Source of the DNA: a virus
Lineage: Duplodnaviria > Caudoviricetes
Reading direction: 5' to 3' (one strand)
Virus record (IMG/VR): IMGVR_UViG_3300017773_000008
Location: 1-60,771 of that record
DNA length: 60,771 nt
The notes beneath the pieces are model-generated. The model was not told where the DNA came from. It did not search any database and saw nothing but the letters and a program-made list of their open reading frames with translations. The position numbers and the translations under genes are program-made. Positions 17,077 through 27,678 of this stretch are shown here, piece by piece. Positions within the stretch are counted from its first letter, which is position 1; the number at the start of each line of letters is the position of its first letter.

Positions 17077-19836
17077 ATGGGTGGGATTATGGAAACGAAA
17101 CAATTTTTGCAAAGGGTATTAGGAGATGGTTTTTACTGCGTACTAGCATTAGGTAAAGACCGTAGAATACAAAAGTTTTATAGCTCTGTAGATGAAGTTA
17201 TTAACAGTGCTAATAGTTTAGATGAGCAAGGATACGATACATACTTTGGGTTAGCCACGTTTGAAACAGGTGAGTCCAGAAAAGTTCCAAATGTAAAAAG
17301 CCTTAGTTCTTTCTTTTTAGATTTAGATTGTGGTGTAGGTAAAGACTACGAAAGCCAGAACTTGGCGGTCAAAGACCTACGCGCATTCTGTGATAAGTTA
17401 GATTTACCAAAACCTATCATGGTAAACTCTGGATATGGAGTCCATGTATACTGGGTTTTACAGGAAAGCGTAGCGTATGATGAGTGGTTGCCTGTAGCCC
17501 AGGCGCTCAAAGATAAGTGTACACAGCATAAGTTGTTAGCAGATATAGCAGTAACTGCGGACGCGGCCAGGGTACTTAGGATACCCAATACACACAATCA
17601 CAAGAAAGGCTTGTTAAAACCTGTAGAGTTTTTTGGTACAGGTGAGATGAACATAGTTAACTTTGAAGAGTTCTCTCGTCTGCTTGGTGGAGGACTGATG
17701 CCAGTGCCTGTCAAGATGGACAACCAAGAGAGTGCATTTAGAGAAGCTATTATGTCTAACTCTGAGCATTCTTTTAAGAATATAATAATGAAAACCAAAG
17801 AAGGTAAGGGGTGCTTTCAGTTAAAGAATATAATAAAGAACCAACAAGATGTAAGCGAACCCTTGTGGAGGGCAGGACTATCCATAGCGAAGTTTTGCAC
17901 TGATGCTAAACAGGCAGTGCATATTATGTCTAAAAACCATGAAGGGTATGATGAGAAGTTAACAGAAGAGAAGGTAAATCTTATAAAGGGGCCGTATCTT
18001 TGTTCATCATTTAACGAACACAACCCTGATGTATGTGAACATTGTCCACACTGGGGTAAAATATCTTCTCCTATAACACTTGGTAAGTTGATAAAAAGAG
18101 CAGGAGAGAGTAAAGAAATACCAAAATATCCAGAACCCTACTTCCGAGGTGCAAATGGCGGTGTGTACACTCAAATTCGCTCCGCTGATGGGGATATAGA
18201 AGAACGAATGATATACCAGAACGACTTATATGTTGTGAAACGTATACATGACGTAGAGACAGGTGAAGCAATAGTGATGCGTTTGCACCTACCTAAAGAC
18301 GGTGTAAGGGAGTTTACAGTTCCGCTAACTGCTGTAACATCAAAAGAAGAACTGAGAAAACAACTATCTATGCAAGGCATAGCAGTATTAAGGATGGATG
18401 AAATTATGACATACACAACAACATGGGTCACTCAACTACAGGCTCAAAGCGTTGCTGATGAAGCACGTAGGCAGTTTGGGTGGACAGGTGACGAGTGCGA
18501 TAGTTTTGTGCTTGGTAACGAAGAAATATGCAAAGATGAGATAAAGTTTAACCCACCATCAACACAGACTACAAGTTTGTTCCCCTCATTTGAACCCAAA
18601 GGTACGTTGGAGGATTGGAAAGATACGATTAACTTCTACAATCGTGATGGTTTTGAACTGCATCAGTTTGTAGTTGGCACGTCTTTCGGGTCACCACTAA
18701 TGAGCTTATCTCCTATAAAGTGTGCCGCACTACATATATACAGTAAGGAGTCTGGTGTAGGTAAAACTACAGCTATGGCGGCAGGTGCATCTGTGTGGGG
18801 TGACCCTGATGACCTAATCATACATGAGCGAGACACGTACAACACCAAGATGAACAGAGGTGAGGTATACCATAACTTGCCATTATACATGGATGAGCTT
18901 ACCAACACGTCAGGTAAAGAACTATCTAATCTTGCGTATCAGCTTACAGGTGGTAGGCAGAGGGGTAGAATGTCTGCAAACAGTAACACAGAACGACACA
19001 GAGGTGACTCATGGAAACTTCTTGCTGTGACTACAGGTAATACAAGCATGGTAGAACGTATAAGTATTATCAAGGCTATGCCCAAAGCTGAAGCTCAGAG
19101 GATTATGGAGTGCAGAGTAAGCCGTATACACTTTGAAACAAAAGAAGAGACTGATGTATTTAGCTCTTGTCTACAGAATAATCATGGGCATGCGGGCAAG
19201 GAGTATATCAAATATATCATTAATAATAAAGAAGAAGTTGCAAAAGTATTAAAGACTGTACAAGAAAAAGTAGATGCCAAGGCAGGGTTAACTGCGGAGA
19301 ACAGATATTGGTCAGTCCTCGTAGCATGTACCATAACAGGTTTGATGTTAGCAAAGAAAGCAGGACTTATAGATTATGACGTGCGTAGGGTATTTTCTTG
19401 GGCGATAGATCGTTTGAAAGAAAACAAACGTCAGGTAGAAGATATGAGCATATCTGTGGAAGAGACTTTAAATGACTACATACATGAGCATTGGAGTAAC
19501 GTGCTGTGGATAAAGAGTACAGATGACCTAAGAAAACAAGAAGGTGATGTTGTATCTCTAGTAATACCAGAAGCAACACCTAGAGGTAAGTTTGTTGCCC
19601 GATATGAAACAGACTTAAAACGTGCATATCTTATACCTAAACCTCTGAAGGCATGGTGTGGAGAACAACAGATAAACTACAGTGCTTTCGTGCATGATTT
19701 AAAAACTAAACTTGGCGCAACAAATACAACCATGCGGTTGAGTAAAGGCACACATATGGCTCTGCCTGTGACACGTGTGATAGTCGTAGATTGTTCAATA
19801 GAAGATGAGAATAAGACAGGGAATACTGAAGACTGA
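17077..19836 (+). CDS. Primase (AEP/RepB-like) fused to a DUF927/SF3-like helicase (start may be 17089)
   Basis: FFLDLDCG, VNSGYGVHVYW, ARVLRIPNT, Cys cluster C..F.....CEHC, QFGW, ESGVGKTT, YMDE. Confidence 0.88.
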   Translation: MGGIMETKQFLQRVLGDGFYCVLALGKDRRIQKFYSSVDEVINSANSLDEQGYDTYFGLATFETGESRKVPNVKSLSSFFLDLDCGVGKDYESQNLAVKDLRAFCDKLDLPKPIMVNSGYGVHVYWVLQESVAYDEWLPVAQALKDKCTQHKLLADIAVTADAARVLRIPNTHNHKKGLLKPVEFFGTGEMNIVNFEEFSRLLGGGLMPVPVKMDNQESAFREAIMSNSEHSFKNIIMKTKEGKGCFQLKNIIKNQQDVSEPLWRAGLSIAKFCTDAKQAVHIMSKNHEGYDEKLTEEKVNLIKGPYLCSSFNEHNPDVCEHCPHWGKISSPITLGKLIKRAGESKEIPKYPEPYFRGANGGVYTQIRSADGDIEERMIYQNDLYVVKRIHDVETGEAIVMRLHLPKDGVREFTVPLTAVTSKEELRKQLSMQGIAVLRMDEIMTYTTTWVTQLQAQSVADEARRQFGWTGDECDSFVLGNEEICKDEIKFNPPSTQTTSLFPSFEPKGTLEDWKDTINFYNRDGFELHQFVVGTSFGSPLMSLSPIKCAALHIYSKESGVGKTTAMAAGASVWGDPDDLIIHERDTYNTKMNRGEVYHNLPLYMDELTNTSGKELSNLAYQLTGGRQRGRMSANSNTERHRGDSWKLLAVTTGNTSMVERISIIKAMPKAEAQRIMECRVSRIHFETKEETDVFSSCLQNNHGHAGKEYIKYIINNKEEVAKVLKTVQEKVDAKAGLTAENRYWSVLVACTITGLMLAKKAGLIDYDVRRVFSWAIDRLKENKRQVEDMSISVEETLNDYIHEHWSNVLWIKSTDDLRKQEGDVVSLVIPEATPRGKFVARYETDLKRAYLIPKPLKAWCGEQQINYSAFVHDLKTKLGATNTTMRLSKGTHMALPVTRVIVVDCSIEDENKTGNTED

Positions 19837-20038
19837 TGATTTGAACCCTGATGGGGTACGTATCATAGTAAATTGGGATAACATGGTAACAAGTTCTTCT
19901 GTGTTTATCTTGTGTATAAATGTTACATTAGCAGTGGAGCAAGTTTATAATGTAGCAAAACGCAGAAATTGGCAGATAAAAACACAAATTAGGGTAGAAA
20001 ACAAAAAATTAGGTGTTCGTGTTTGGCGAATTGTGTGA
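19805..20038 (+). CDS. Small hypothetical protein
   Basis: 77 aa ending GVRVWRI, a motif common in small phage DNA-binding proteins. Confidence 0.6.
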   Translation: MRIRQGILKTDDLNPDGVRIIVNWDNMVTSSSVFILCINVTLAVEQVYNVAKRRNWQIKTQIRVENKKLGVRVWRIV

Positions 20039-20082
20039 TATGGGTGAAGAGACAGATGAACTCTGTCATTCTCTCCCTTCCT

Positions 20083-20111
20083 AGTGGCTACTTTCGGGTA
20101 GCCACTTTTTT
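20083..20111 (+). terminator. Rho-independent terminator at the convergence of the two genome arms
   Basis: AGTGGCTAC-TTTCGG-GTAGCCACT followed by a T tract. Confidence 0.85.
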
Positions 20112-23100
20112 AATCAAAGAAGGTATAGTCGTCATTAAAAGAAGAACTTATTTCGTTTATTATATTTTTGTTACGTACAAATACACCGTTATGCTTTGCA
20201 ATGTTTTCAGATGTTTTAATGTGTCGTTTTACAGACCTTTCAATACCTTTTGGAGTTATAATAAGTTTAGGATCTCTTGCACCAAAAGTCCTGTTCCACT
20301 CTACCATTTTTTGTAGTGCTTCTGCCATACCACTTGCATCACCTGTTCGATACGCTCTGTAGTATTGTGTAGTTAAAGTAGTCTTCTTTTTACTAATAGA
20401 CTTGTCAATTCTATTTTTAATATCGTTCTTCTCCATAGTATTAGTATATTCCACAGGAGGAAAACCAAACAACAACCCTGCTAAATCTCCTGTTGTCACG
20501 TCATCAAATATAGGATCGCCACGCCTTGTTTTATACCCCTCTTCTCTTACTCTACCTAGTGCTTTATATACGTTTGCTATACCTGCAGGGAGAAAACTCT
20601 CAATAGCTCGTTGTACATTTATAGTGTCTTTACGTTCACCAAAAGCAGGTAAACCTAAATCTAACGCTCCTCTGTTTATTCTATCTAATGTACCGAAAGC
20701 AGGCCCACCTGCATAATGAAAAAATGATTCTTCAAGTGAAGCATCGCGGTTAAACCTGTTTTCTTGTATTAATAACCCAGTGAGACGTATACGAGTCGCT
20801 ACATCTACACCTGTCATATAATTAACAAGACCCTTATACGTGGGTTCACGGAACTGCCCACGAACTATTGAATCAAAATCCTCATCATCTTCCCCTAAGA
20901 AAGCGTTTGCTATCATCTCTATTGCTCCATAAAGGGGTAGACCTTGAACTCCTGCAAATAACAACGCACTCACATGCACCCCTGCTAACTGTTTAAAAGC
21001 TATGTATCTATCCTCTGGAGGTAATGACTTATCCATAAGTTCTTTTGTAGATTTAAGCATAGTAGAATACATACGCAGTCCATATGTTTTATACATAAAA
21101 GCTACACGACCAAGGTTTTGCTGTGAGTATCTAGGCCCTGTTTCTAAAACTGCACCGCCATTCGTTTCTTGTGTCTGTCTAAGAGCTTTTTCTGCGGCTC
21201 GTTCTGTAGCACCTTCAATTTTGCTTGCAGCTTTAGATACGTCCGCAAAACTTTTCATTTTACCTTTTGGATCTACCTCTTGTCGTAGCGCAAGCTGATA
21301 AGAGGTTAGCAAGGTAACCTGTCTGTTAAAACGTTCCGCCTGATTAAACATCACAGCAGAAAGACTTGTTAGGTTGTCAAGACTCAACACATCCATAACT
21401 CTATCTTTTTTATCTTTTCTACGAGATAAAGCTCCTCCTTCTTCGCCTAAACCTAAAGCGTCTGCTAAGAAAGTTCTTGTTAACTGCCCTCTTTGTGAAG
21501 CTAACTTAATCAAAGGCAATACGGAGTCAGCTATTTCTTTTTGTCTTGGAGATAAATCTCTTTTTACACCATAAGTTTCTATAGAGTCTTTTATTTTGTA
21601 TGTTCTATTTACAGGATCAAAATCAAATAGCTGATCTATATTATTACCTGAGTTTGTAACTATTCTAGTAGCATTGCCTAACGCTCTGCTTGTTTTTACA
21701 AATCCATATTCAGCGCCAAGATAAGGGTAAACAAACAAAGGGACTTGAGATAAGTTAACTAATGCAGAGGAGGCATTAGCACCTATGGTATACACAAATG
21801 CTAACTGATTAGCAGTTTTTACAAATTGCTCTATGCCTTTATAATCTGCTCCCTGTGTAGCAAACTTTGCTCTTCTGTTAAGTTCTTCAGTAATTTTAGA
21901 TATTGCGGGTGCAATTTTTGGGTTTGTTACCTCTAATTCTTTTGCTTTCTTAGTCATGTCTTTTACTATGGCTCGTATATTAGCATTATTTTTTAACTGT
22001 GCTACCTGTCTTCCCAGAGCAAGACCTTTTTTATTAAAAGCAAAAACAGAATCAGGTATGTAACCTTTAACACCTTCTCGTCTTGATAATGATTTTGCAA
22101 AAGAAGTTTCTGGTAACGTGTTTATAAACAACTGCACAATGTCACTTTGTAAATCATCTTTTACTGTTTTATCTAACCCTTGAGCTGCATTGAGTATGTC
22201 CATTACTTGACCAACAAAAGATGTAGGGGGCGCGGTTCTAAAAATCTCTTTTGTTTTGTCAGCGGTGTCAGCCATTTGTATAGTAGTTTGGTCTACATCT
22301 GGATTTTCTTTTAATTCTTCAGCTCTTGTTACTTGTTCTGCTTGCGTGCTTACTAATTCGTATACTCTTGGGTCACCAATGTCTTCACCAGCATCTTTTC
22401 TCTTTTTCATAATTTCTGGTTTTATATTATAAGCCACCACATAATTACCCTCACGAACAAGAGGGAAGTATACATCCAAAGCCTTATTATCAAATATTTT
22501 TTTAAATACGCTTTGTAATCTTTCTGATACTTTTACACCATCCGCGTCAACCTCACCACCTACTGCTTTATCTGCCTGAAGTCCTAGAGCTTCTTGCAGT
22601 TGAGTAAAGTATCTTTTATAGTAGTTACGCATCTCATCAAATGCGTCTCTACCCTGTTGCCCAAAGTCAGGGTTATTCTTCCATATTTTCTGTTGGTCAT
22701 CCCATACTTCTTCTAACTTCCTGTCGCCTATATTTTTATTTTCGTATTCTTTTCTTGGTTTTGTGGGGTCTACCTGATAGATAGTAGCACCGAAACTACG
22801 GCTATATATAAGCTCATCAAGTAAATCTCTTCGTTTTGTATTGTCTTTTAACTTTCGCATAACCTTTGTTTTAACGTCCTCAAAGTCACGCCCTGCAGCA
22901 TCCATGTCTCCACGTTGGTCGTTAAATGCGTTTAATAGCTGCTCTCCAAACCCTACATTGTTGTCATCTACCAAACCTGTTTCGTTAGCCATATTACTAA
23001 CCGTTAACATGTCAGAGAGTCCTGTAAGTATATTTTTAGCCACTGTACCCACTTTAGTATCACCTAAGAAAGATATAGAATCTAATATAAAACCCCTACC

Positions 23101-25938
23101 TTCTTCTTTAGTAAGCTGCCCCTGATCTCTACTATCTTCTGCAATATTCTGTAACGTGTTAGCAGCACCTTCAGGATCAGACGTAGATATTAACGCACCC
23201 GTGCCTACAGCATCTTCGGTGGGAGCTAATAGCTGTGCTATATCCATACTTGCAGACTCAAGAGCTGTAAGAGGTGTAGTGGGTTTACCTATAAGCTGTC
23301 TAAAGAAGTTAACAACTGTATTAGTAAATCGCTGTAAGGCGCTAACAGGTTGTCCTTTAATATTTATACCTGCAAGCATCTTTTGAAACTGTGGATTACT
23401 AAATGTCTCTGATACAAACTCTTGTAAAGACTGTGCGCCATAGGCAGTTCCTAGATTATCTTTAACCTCTTCGAACAACGTGTTAAGTTGTTTTGTTGTG
23501 GGGTGGGACTTGTTAGCCAGGTTAGCAAAGGTAACAGCGTGCGCTGCTTCGTGCATAAGAACATGTGCGTTCATACCACTTTCTGGGTTAATCTCTATTG
23601 TATTTGTAGCACTATCAAACCGACCTGCTAAATTACCAAGATCTTTAACTACTATCTTAACATCTTTCAATACCTCAGACATTTTTTTAGATAGTAGAGA
23701 AAGCGGTTCTGGTAGTTGTGTATCTTCACTTAATTTATTTAATGCACCTTTTGCATCACCCTGTTCTATTAAAGTGTTAACTTCAGGATCTAGACCTATA
23801 GTAAGAGAGGTAACTTCAGAAGAAGGTATAGCTAAATTAACGTCTTTAGCTTTTATTTTTTTATCTACTGCTTTAAATTGTTGTGTTACTTTATTTTTTA
23901 ACTCTTTAAAAGCCGCCTCTTTTTCTTTTATATTTTTAGTTTTGTCCCATCTTGCCTGTAATTTCTCTCGAACTTCAAGATTATCTAAATTATCAATAGC
24001 CGCAAACCAGTTAGAGTTTAACTCATCTATGCTTGCTTGTTCTGCAGTTTTAGTCGGTCTACCTATTATTGTATCTGCACGCTCAGAAAGCTGTTTATCG
24101 GTCATTCTACCTGACCTTGCTTTTGCTATTGCATCGGTCAAATATGTTTTAACATCATCATTTAAATTAGCGTCTACCCATTTTTTAGCCTCTAGTGCAG
24201 CTTCTTTTCCTGTCCCTGCCATTACTGCCGTATATGGACTATCAGCAGCTATTTCGTCAGGACTTCTTTTAAACCCTTTGCTTTCTTGTCCTATATCAAA
24301 AGCTATGGCATCTAGTGCAGCTTGGGGAGTTGGCCCAAAACCTTTAAAATAAATTAGTGCTTTCTCTACAGGTTTTATTATCTGTGTTTTATTTTTTACT
24401 TTTTTTGATTTAGGTACTTTACCCTCTATTAGATTAGTTAAAGCCTTTTTATCTTCTACAGTTGTTTTATCATCTTGTAACACGTCTCCCTCTGCCACCG
24501 TCACTGCTTCTGGACTAGCATTGGTTTCAAATGCAACTCTATATTCTTCTAGTGCATCTGTGTCTCTTTTAGCGCCTACTTCACCTGTTAAAGTATTCAT
24601 TAGCTCCGATAATGGGTTTGTTTCGGTGTCTTTCACTACAGGTTTAGGCTCTTTTAAAGCATCTGCTTTCTCTCTTGCGTAACGCCCTAGTATTTGTTGT
24701 CTTTCACTTCTTTTTTCTTCTGTTAACTTTCTTTTTTCTTTTGTATCTGCCGCAGCAAAAAGTGGCTTATATTTTTCTTCTATAGCATCTAGCTCTGCGG
24801 ATTCTTTAGCCTTTAAATCTGCTGTTATAGGTTTAAGCTCATCTACTTTAGCAACTTCAACCTTAGATGGTTCAGGGCCAACTTCTACACTATCTGTAGC
24901 AGCGAGCGTAGTGTCTTTACCTGCTACCTCATCTGCGGCTTTACGAGCTTCTTCAGTAACGGGTGCATCAGTAGTTATTTTTTCTATATCATCTACTATT
25001 TTATCTGCTGCTACATCAGACTCCACAGGTGCAACAGTCGTAGGTGCGCTGCCTCCACGAGTTCGTGGGGTAATCATTTGTATGGCTCTATAGATTTCAT
25101 CAGCTAGTTTGGCTGTAAAACCAACTGCACTGCCATATGCTGCAGGCTCTCCTGTCTCCTCAAGTAATGTTTGTTCTAGATTATACCCTCGCTCAACTGC
25201 ATTTTGTGCTACAGCTGCAGCAAATTCTTGCGCTCCTTCTACACCAGCCTCAGTAAGCACCCGCCTGCCTCTGGCTAATATACCACCTGCTGTTTCATCA
25301 CCAAAAAAGTTACCCGCTTTATTTAAAAGAGGAAATTTTCTAAGTAGTCTTAATGGAGTTATAATTTCAGAAAGTCCTATTGCAGCTCCAAATTTTGCAG
25401 CTCTATTTCTTTCTTCTTGTGTTGCATCTTCTTCTCTTGCACGTTCACTAGCCTCACCTGCACCTGCACCTACAGCTAACGATGCTGCAATACCTGGCCC
25501 TACAAAAGGAATTGCCGCGGGAGCAAGAATACCTGCAAAAGAACCAAGTGCTTCACCAAACTTACGAGGTACAGCTGATGCCCCTATACCTATATTTGCA
25601 TCAGGTGCAACAGCTTCTTGTACAACATCTCCAACACTTTGTATTTTTTCTCTTAGTGCAAGTTCTGTTTCTTCCCCAAAAGGAGTAATAGCACCAAGAG
25701 CCGCAGTTTCAACTAACCCTGCAAGTCCACCTACTGTACCTTTACCAAGCTCTTGTATCTGGTCTATTATAGTTCCAGGTCTAGCCATAGCTTGCAGCTC
25801 CCCAGCCCGTGCTAAAGCAGCATAGGGGTCTTGTTTTTTAGCTAGATGTATATCAACAAGTTCTCTTGTAGTGGCCCCCTCTGGCCCTTCTACTTGTACT
25901 GGTGTGCCATCTTTTTTGTATATCGTATATGTACGCAT
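20110..25938 (-). CDS. Giant internal virion/ejection protein with a zincin-like HExxH domain (large polyvalent protein type)
   Basis: 1942 aa; GRFDSATNTIEIN...VLMHEAAHA...LQEFVSE; last gene of the late arm. Confidence 0.75.
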   Translation of the reverse strand: MRTYTIYKKDGTPVQVEGPEGATTRELVDIHLAKKQDPYAALARAGELQAMARPGTIIDQIQELGKGTVGGLAGLVETAALGAITPFGEETELALREKIQSVGDVVQEAVAPDANIGIGASAVPRKFGEALGSFAGILAPAAIPFVGPGIAASLAVGAGAGEASERAREEDATQEERNRAAKFGAAIGLSEIITPLRLLRKFPLLNKAGNFFGDETAGGILARGRRVLTEAGVEGAQEFAAAVAQNAVERGYNLEQTLLEETGEPAAYGSAVGFTAKLADEIYRAIQMITPRTRGGSAPTTVAPVESDVAADKIVDDIEKITTDAPVTEEARKAADEVAGKDTTLAATDSVEVGPEPSKVEVAKVDELKPITADLKAKESAELDAIEEKYKPLFAAADTKEKRKLTEEKRSERQQILGRYAREKADALKEPKPVVKDTETNPLSELMNTLTGEVGAKRDTDALEEYRVAFETNASPEAVTVAEGDVLQDDKTTVEDKKALTNLIEGKVPKSKKVKNKTQIIKPVEKALIYFKGFGPTPQAALDAIAFDIGQESKGFKRSPDEIAADSPYTAVMAGTGKEAALEAKKWVDANLNDDVKTYLTDAIAKARSGRMTDKQLSERADTIIGRPTKTAEQASIDELNSNWFAAIDNLDNLEVREKLQARWDKTKNIKEKEAAFKELKNKVTQQFKAVDKKIKAKDVNLAIPSSEVTSLTIGLDPEVNTLIEQGDAKGALNKLSEDTQLPEPLSLLSKKMSEVLKDVKIVVKDLGNLAGRFDSATNTIEINPESGMNAHVLMHEAAHAVTFANLANKSHPTTKQLNTLFEEVKDNLGTAYGAQSLQEFVSETFSNPQFQKMLAGINIKGQPVSALQRFTNTVVNFFRQLIGKPTTPLTALESASMDIAQLLAPTEDAVGTGALISTSDPEGAANTLQNIAEDSRDQGQLTKEEGRGFILDSISFLGDTKVGTVAKNILTGLSDMLTVSNMANETGLVDDNNVGFGEQLLNAFNDQRGDMDAAGRDFEDVKTKVMRKLKDNTKRRDLLDELIYSRSFGATIYQVDPTKPRKEYENKNIGDRKLEEVWDDQQKIWKNNPDFGQQGRDAFDEMRNYYKRYFTQLQEALGLQADKAVGGEVDADGVKVSERLQSVFKKIFDNKALDVYFPLVREGNYVVAYNIKPEIMKKRKDAGEDIGDPRVYELVSTQAEQVTRAEELKENPDVDQTTIQMADTADKTKEIFRTAPPTSFVGQVMDILNAAQGLDKTVKDDLQSDIVQLFINTLPETSFAKSLSRREGVKGYIPDSVFAFNKKGLALGRQVAQLKNNANIRAIVKDMTKKAKELEVTNPKIAPAISKITEELNRRAKFATQGADYKGIEQFVKTANQLAFVYTIGANASSALVNLSQVPLFVYPYLGAEYGFVKTSRALGNATRIVTNSGNNIDQLFDFDPVNRTYKIKDSIETYGVKRDLSPRQKEIADSVLPLIKLASQRGQLTRTFLADALGLGEEGGALSRRKDKKDRVMDVLSLDNLTSLSAVMFNQAERFNRQVTLLTSYQLALRQEVDPKGKMKSFADVSKAASKIEGATERAAEKALRQTQETNGGAVLETGPRYSQQNLGRVAFMYKTYGLRMYSTMLKSTKELMDKSLPPEDRYIAFKQLAGVHVSALLFAGVQGLPLYGAIEMIANAFLGEDDEDFDSIVRGQFREPTYKGLVNYMTGVDVATRIRLTGLLIQENRFNRDASLEESFFHYAGGPAFGTLDRINRGALDLGLPAFGERKDTINVQRAIESFLPAGIANVYKALGRVREEGYKTRRGDPIFDDVTTGDLAGLLFGFPPVEYTNTMEKNDIKNRIDKSISKKKTTLTTQYYRAYRTGDASGMAEALQKMVEWNRTFGARDPKLIITPKGIERSVKRHIKTSENIAKHNGVFVRNKNIINEISSSFNDDYTFFD

Positions 25939-25947
25939 GATGCACTT

Positions 25948-27678
25948 TTAGTCAGGATCTCTATTTAAATCAAACTCGGATTCTTCTTCTTTTTGTTTCG
26001 TTATATCTATACCAAACACGCTTTTTAATCTTCTAGCATAAGCATCGTACCTAGCATACTCTTCTGTATATTTAGATTTAAAATTAAGTTCAAATGCCCT
26101 TTCTAATTCTGCAACTCCCCTTGCTTGAGTATTATACGCATCAGTGCCTGACTCTAGTCCAGCTAAAACTTGCCGTGCAGCCATTAGTTCTGTACCAAAA
26201 GTAGAAGTTTCATAATCTGTTGCTCTAGCCTCTGCAAGATTAGTAGATATGGTGTCTAAACCCCTTCTTAGAAAATCTAATAGGTTACCTTCTCTAGTTA
26301 CATCTACCATTTCTTCTTGCACTTTTACAGATCGTCTTCGTATTTTTAACTCTGCAGCTTTGTTTAAACGATCATTTATCATTTGAGTATATTCAATATC
26401 TCTTCTGGTGGCTTGTCCTCGTCCAAAACCAGACGATAACGCATAGGCTAATCTTTCTAGAGCATTGTTGTAGGTGTCTATTTTACTGTCAACTACTCTT
26501 GGTTCATCACTTGAATTAACCTCTGTATTCAAAGCATTATTTATCTCTTCATCTAATTGTTGATCTGCTATTTCATCAGTCTCACCATCTATAGCAGGCC
26601 CTTTAGTATCTAATTCTTGATCTACTAACTCTGGTGTTGTATCATCTTTTCGTTTTTCTTCAGATATTAAAGCGTAAGGATTATCAACACTAGATAGATC
26701 TTTAAGTTTATTTAATATTCCAGAAATACCACCTATTTTACTAACCACACTAGGTTCACTATCACCTCCATAACCTAAATCTTGCTCAGTAAAATTTAAG
26801 TCTGAACCTGGAAAACGATTTTTTGGGTCAGTTTGATCTCCAAACCCTGTATCTCGACTTGCAGTTAAATTATTTATTGCTGATGCTAACTCAGGAGTTT
26901 CTACACTAGAGTCTTGTGCCTGTCTTAACAAGTTAAGTTGCTTGTCTGTACCTCTTTGTTGTTTCTCTGCTGCTCTTCTAGCAAGAGATTCTTTAGCTGA
27001 TTCACCTGTATTTATTGGTACAAACGGTCTTATATTACTAACTATACCTTCATTATTAGCGGGTGCAGGTCTGTTTTCTGGCTTTAACATGCCACCTTTT
27101 AGTATGTTCTTTAACAAAGTTATTAGTGACCTATCTTGGTTTGTTGAATAATCAAATCTGGGTATACCTAACTCCCCTAACGCACCAATGCCATAGGGGT
27201 CGTTTACAGATCCACCATTTGCTAGTTTTACTATACCACCTTGTGCTGATCGTTGCATGGGCATCTGTCTAGGCATTTGTCTGGGTTTTTGCCCTAATCG
27301 TTTTAAAACATTAGCATCTAATTTACTTATTGCCTGTTGTGCTTTGTTCTTTTTATTTTGTCTGTTTGTTAATATTTTTCCTACACTATCCACCATATCC
27401 TTTTGGGTTCTACCCTCTAACTCCTGATCTATTTGAGATACAACAGTATTAGGGTCTTGCTCCATAGCAGCGTACATACTTGCTTCATACGCTTGTTTTT
27501 CCTTTAAAAGTTTTTGTGCTGCTAGAGCTTTAAGGAGGTCAGGTGTAATACCCTTTGTAGGATTAGGGCGCATTTGTTGCATGGGGTTTGCTATTTGTGT
27601 CAACTGTTGAGGAGACATACCACTAAATGCCTGCTTCTGTCTTTTAAAATCTGCGTCTAAAGAACCTAAACCTAACAT
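25948..27678 (-). CDS. Putative internal virion protein
   Basis: 576 aa; Q/M-rich N-terminus, SAQGG and LANGG motifs; located in the ejection cluster. Confidence 0.6.
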   Translation of the reverse strand: MLGLGSLDADFKRQKQAFSGMSPQQLTQIANPMQQMRPNPTKGITPDLLKALAAQKLLKEKQAYEASMYAAMEQDPNTVVSQIDQELEGRTQKDMVDSVGKILTNRQNKKNKAQQAISKLDANVLKRLGQKPRQMPRQMPMQRSAQGGIVKLANGGSVNDPYGIGALGELGIPRFDYSTNQDRSLITLLKNILKGGMLKPENRPAPANNEGIVSNIRPFVPINTGESAKESLARRAAEKQQRGTDKQLNLLRQAQDSSVETPELASAINNLTASRDTGFGDQTDPKNRFPGSDLNFTEQDLGYGGDSEPSVVSKIGGISGILNKLKDLSSVDNPYALISEEKRKDDTTPELVDQELDTKGPAIDGETDEIADQQLDEEINNALNTEVNSSDEPRVVDSKIDTYNNALERLAYALSSGFGRGQATRRDIEYTQMINDRLNKAAELKIRRRSVKVQEEMVDVTREGNLLDFLRRGLDTISTNLAEARATDYETSTFGTELMAARQVLAGLESGTDAYNTQARGVAELERAFELNFKSKYTEEYARYDAYARRLKSVFGIDITKQKEEESEFDLNRDPD

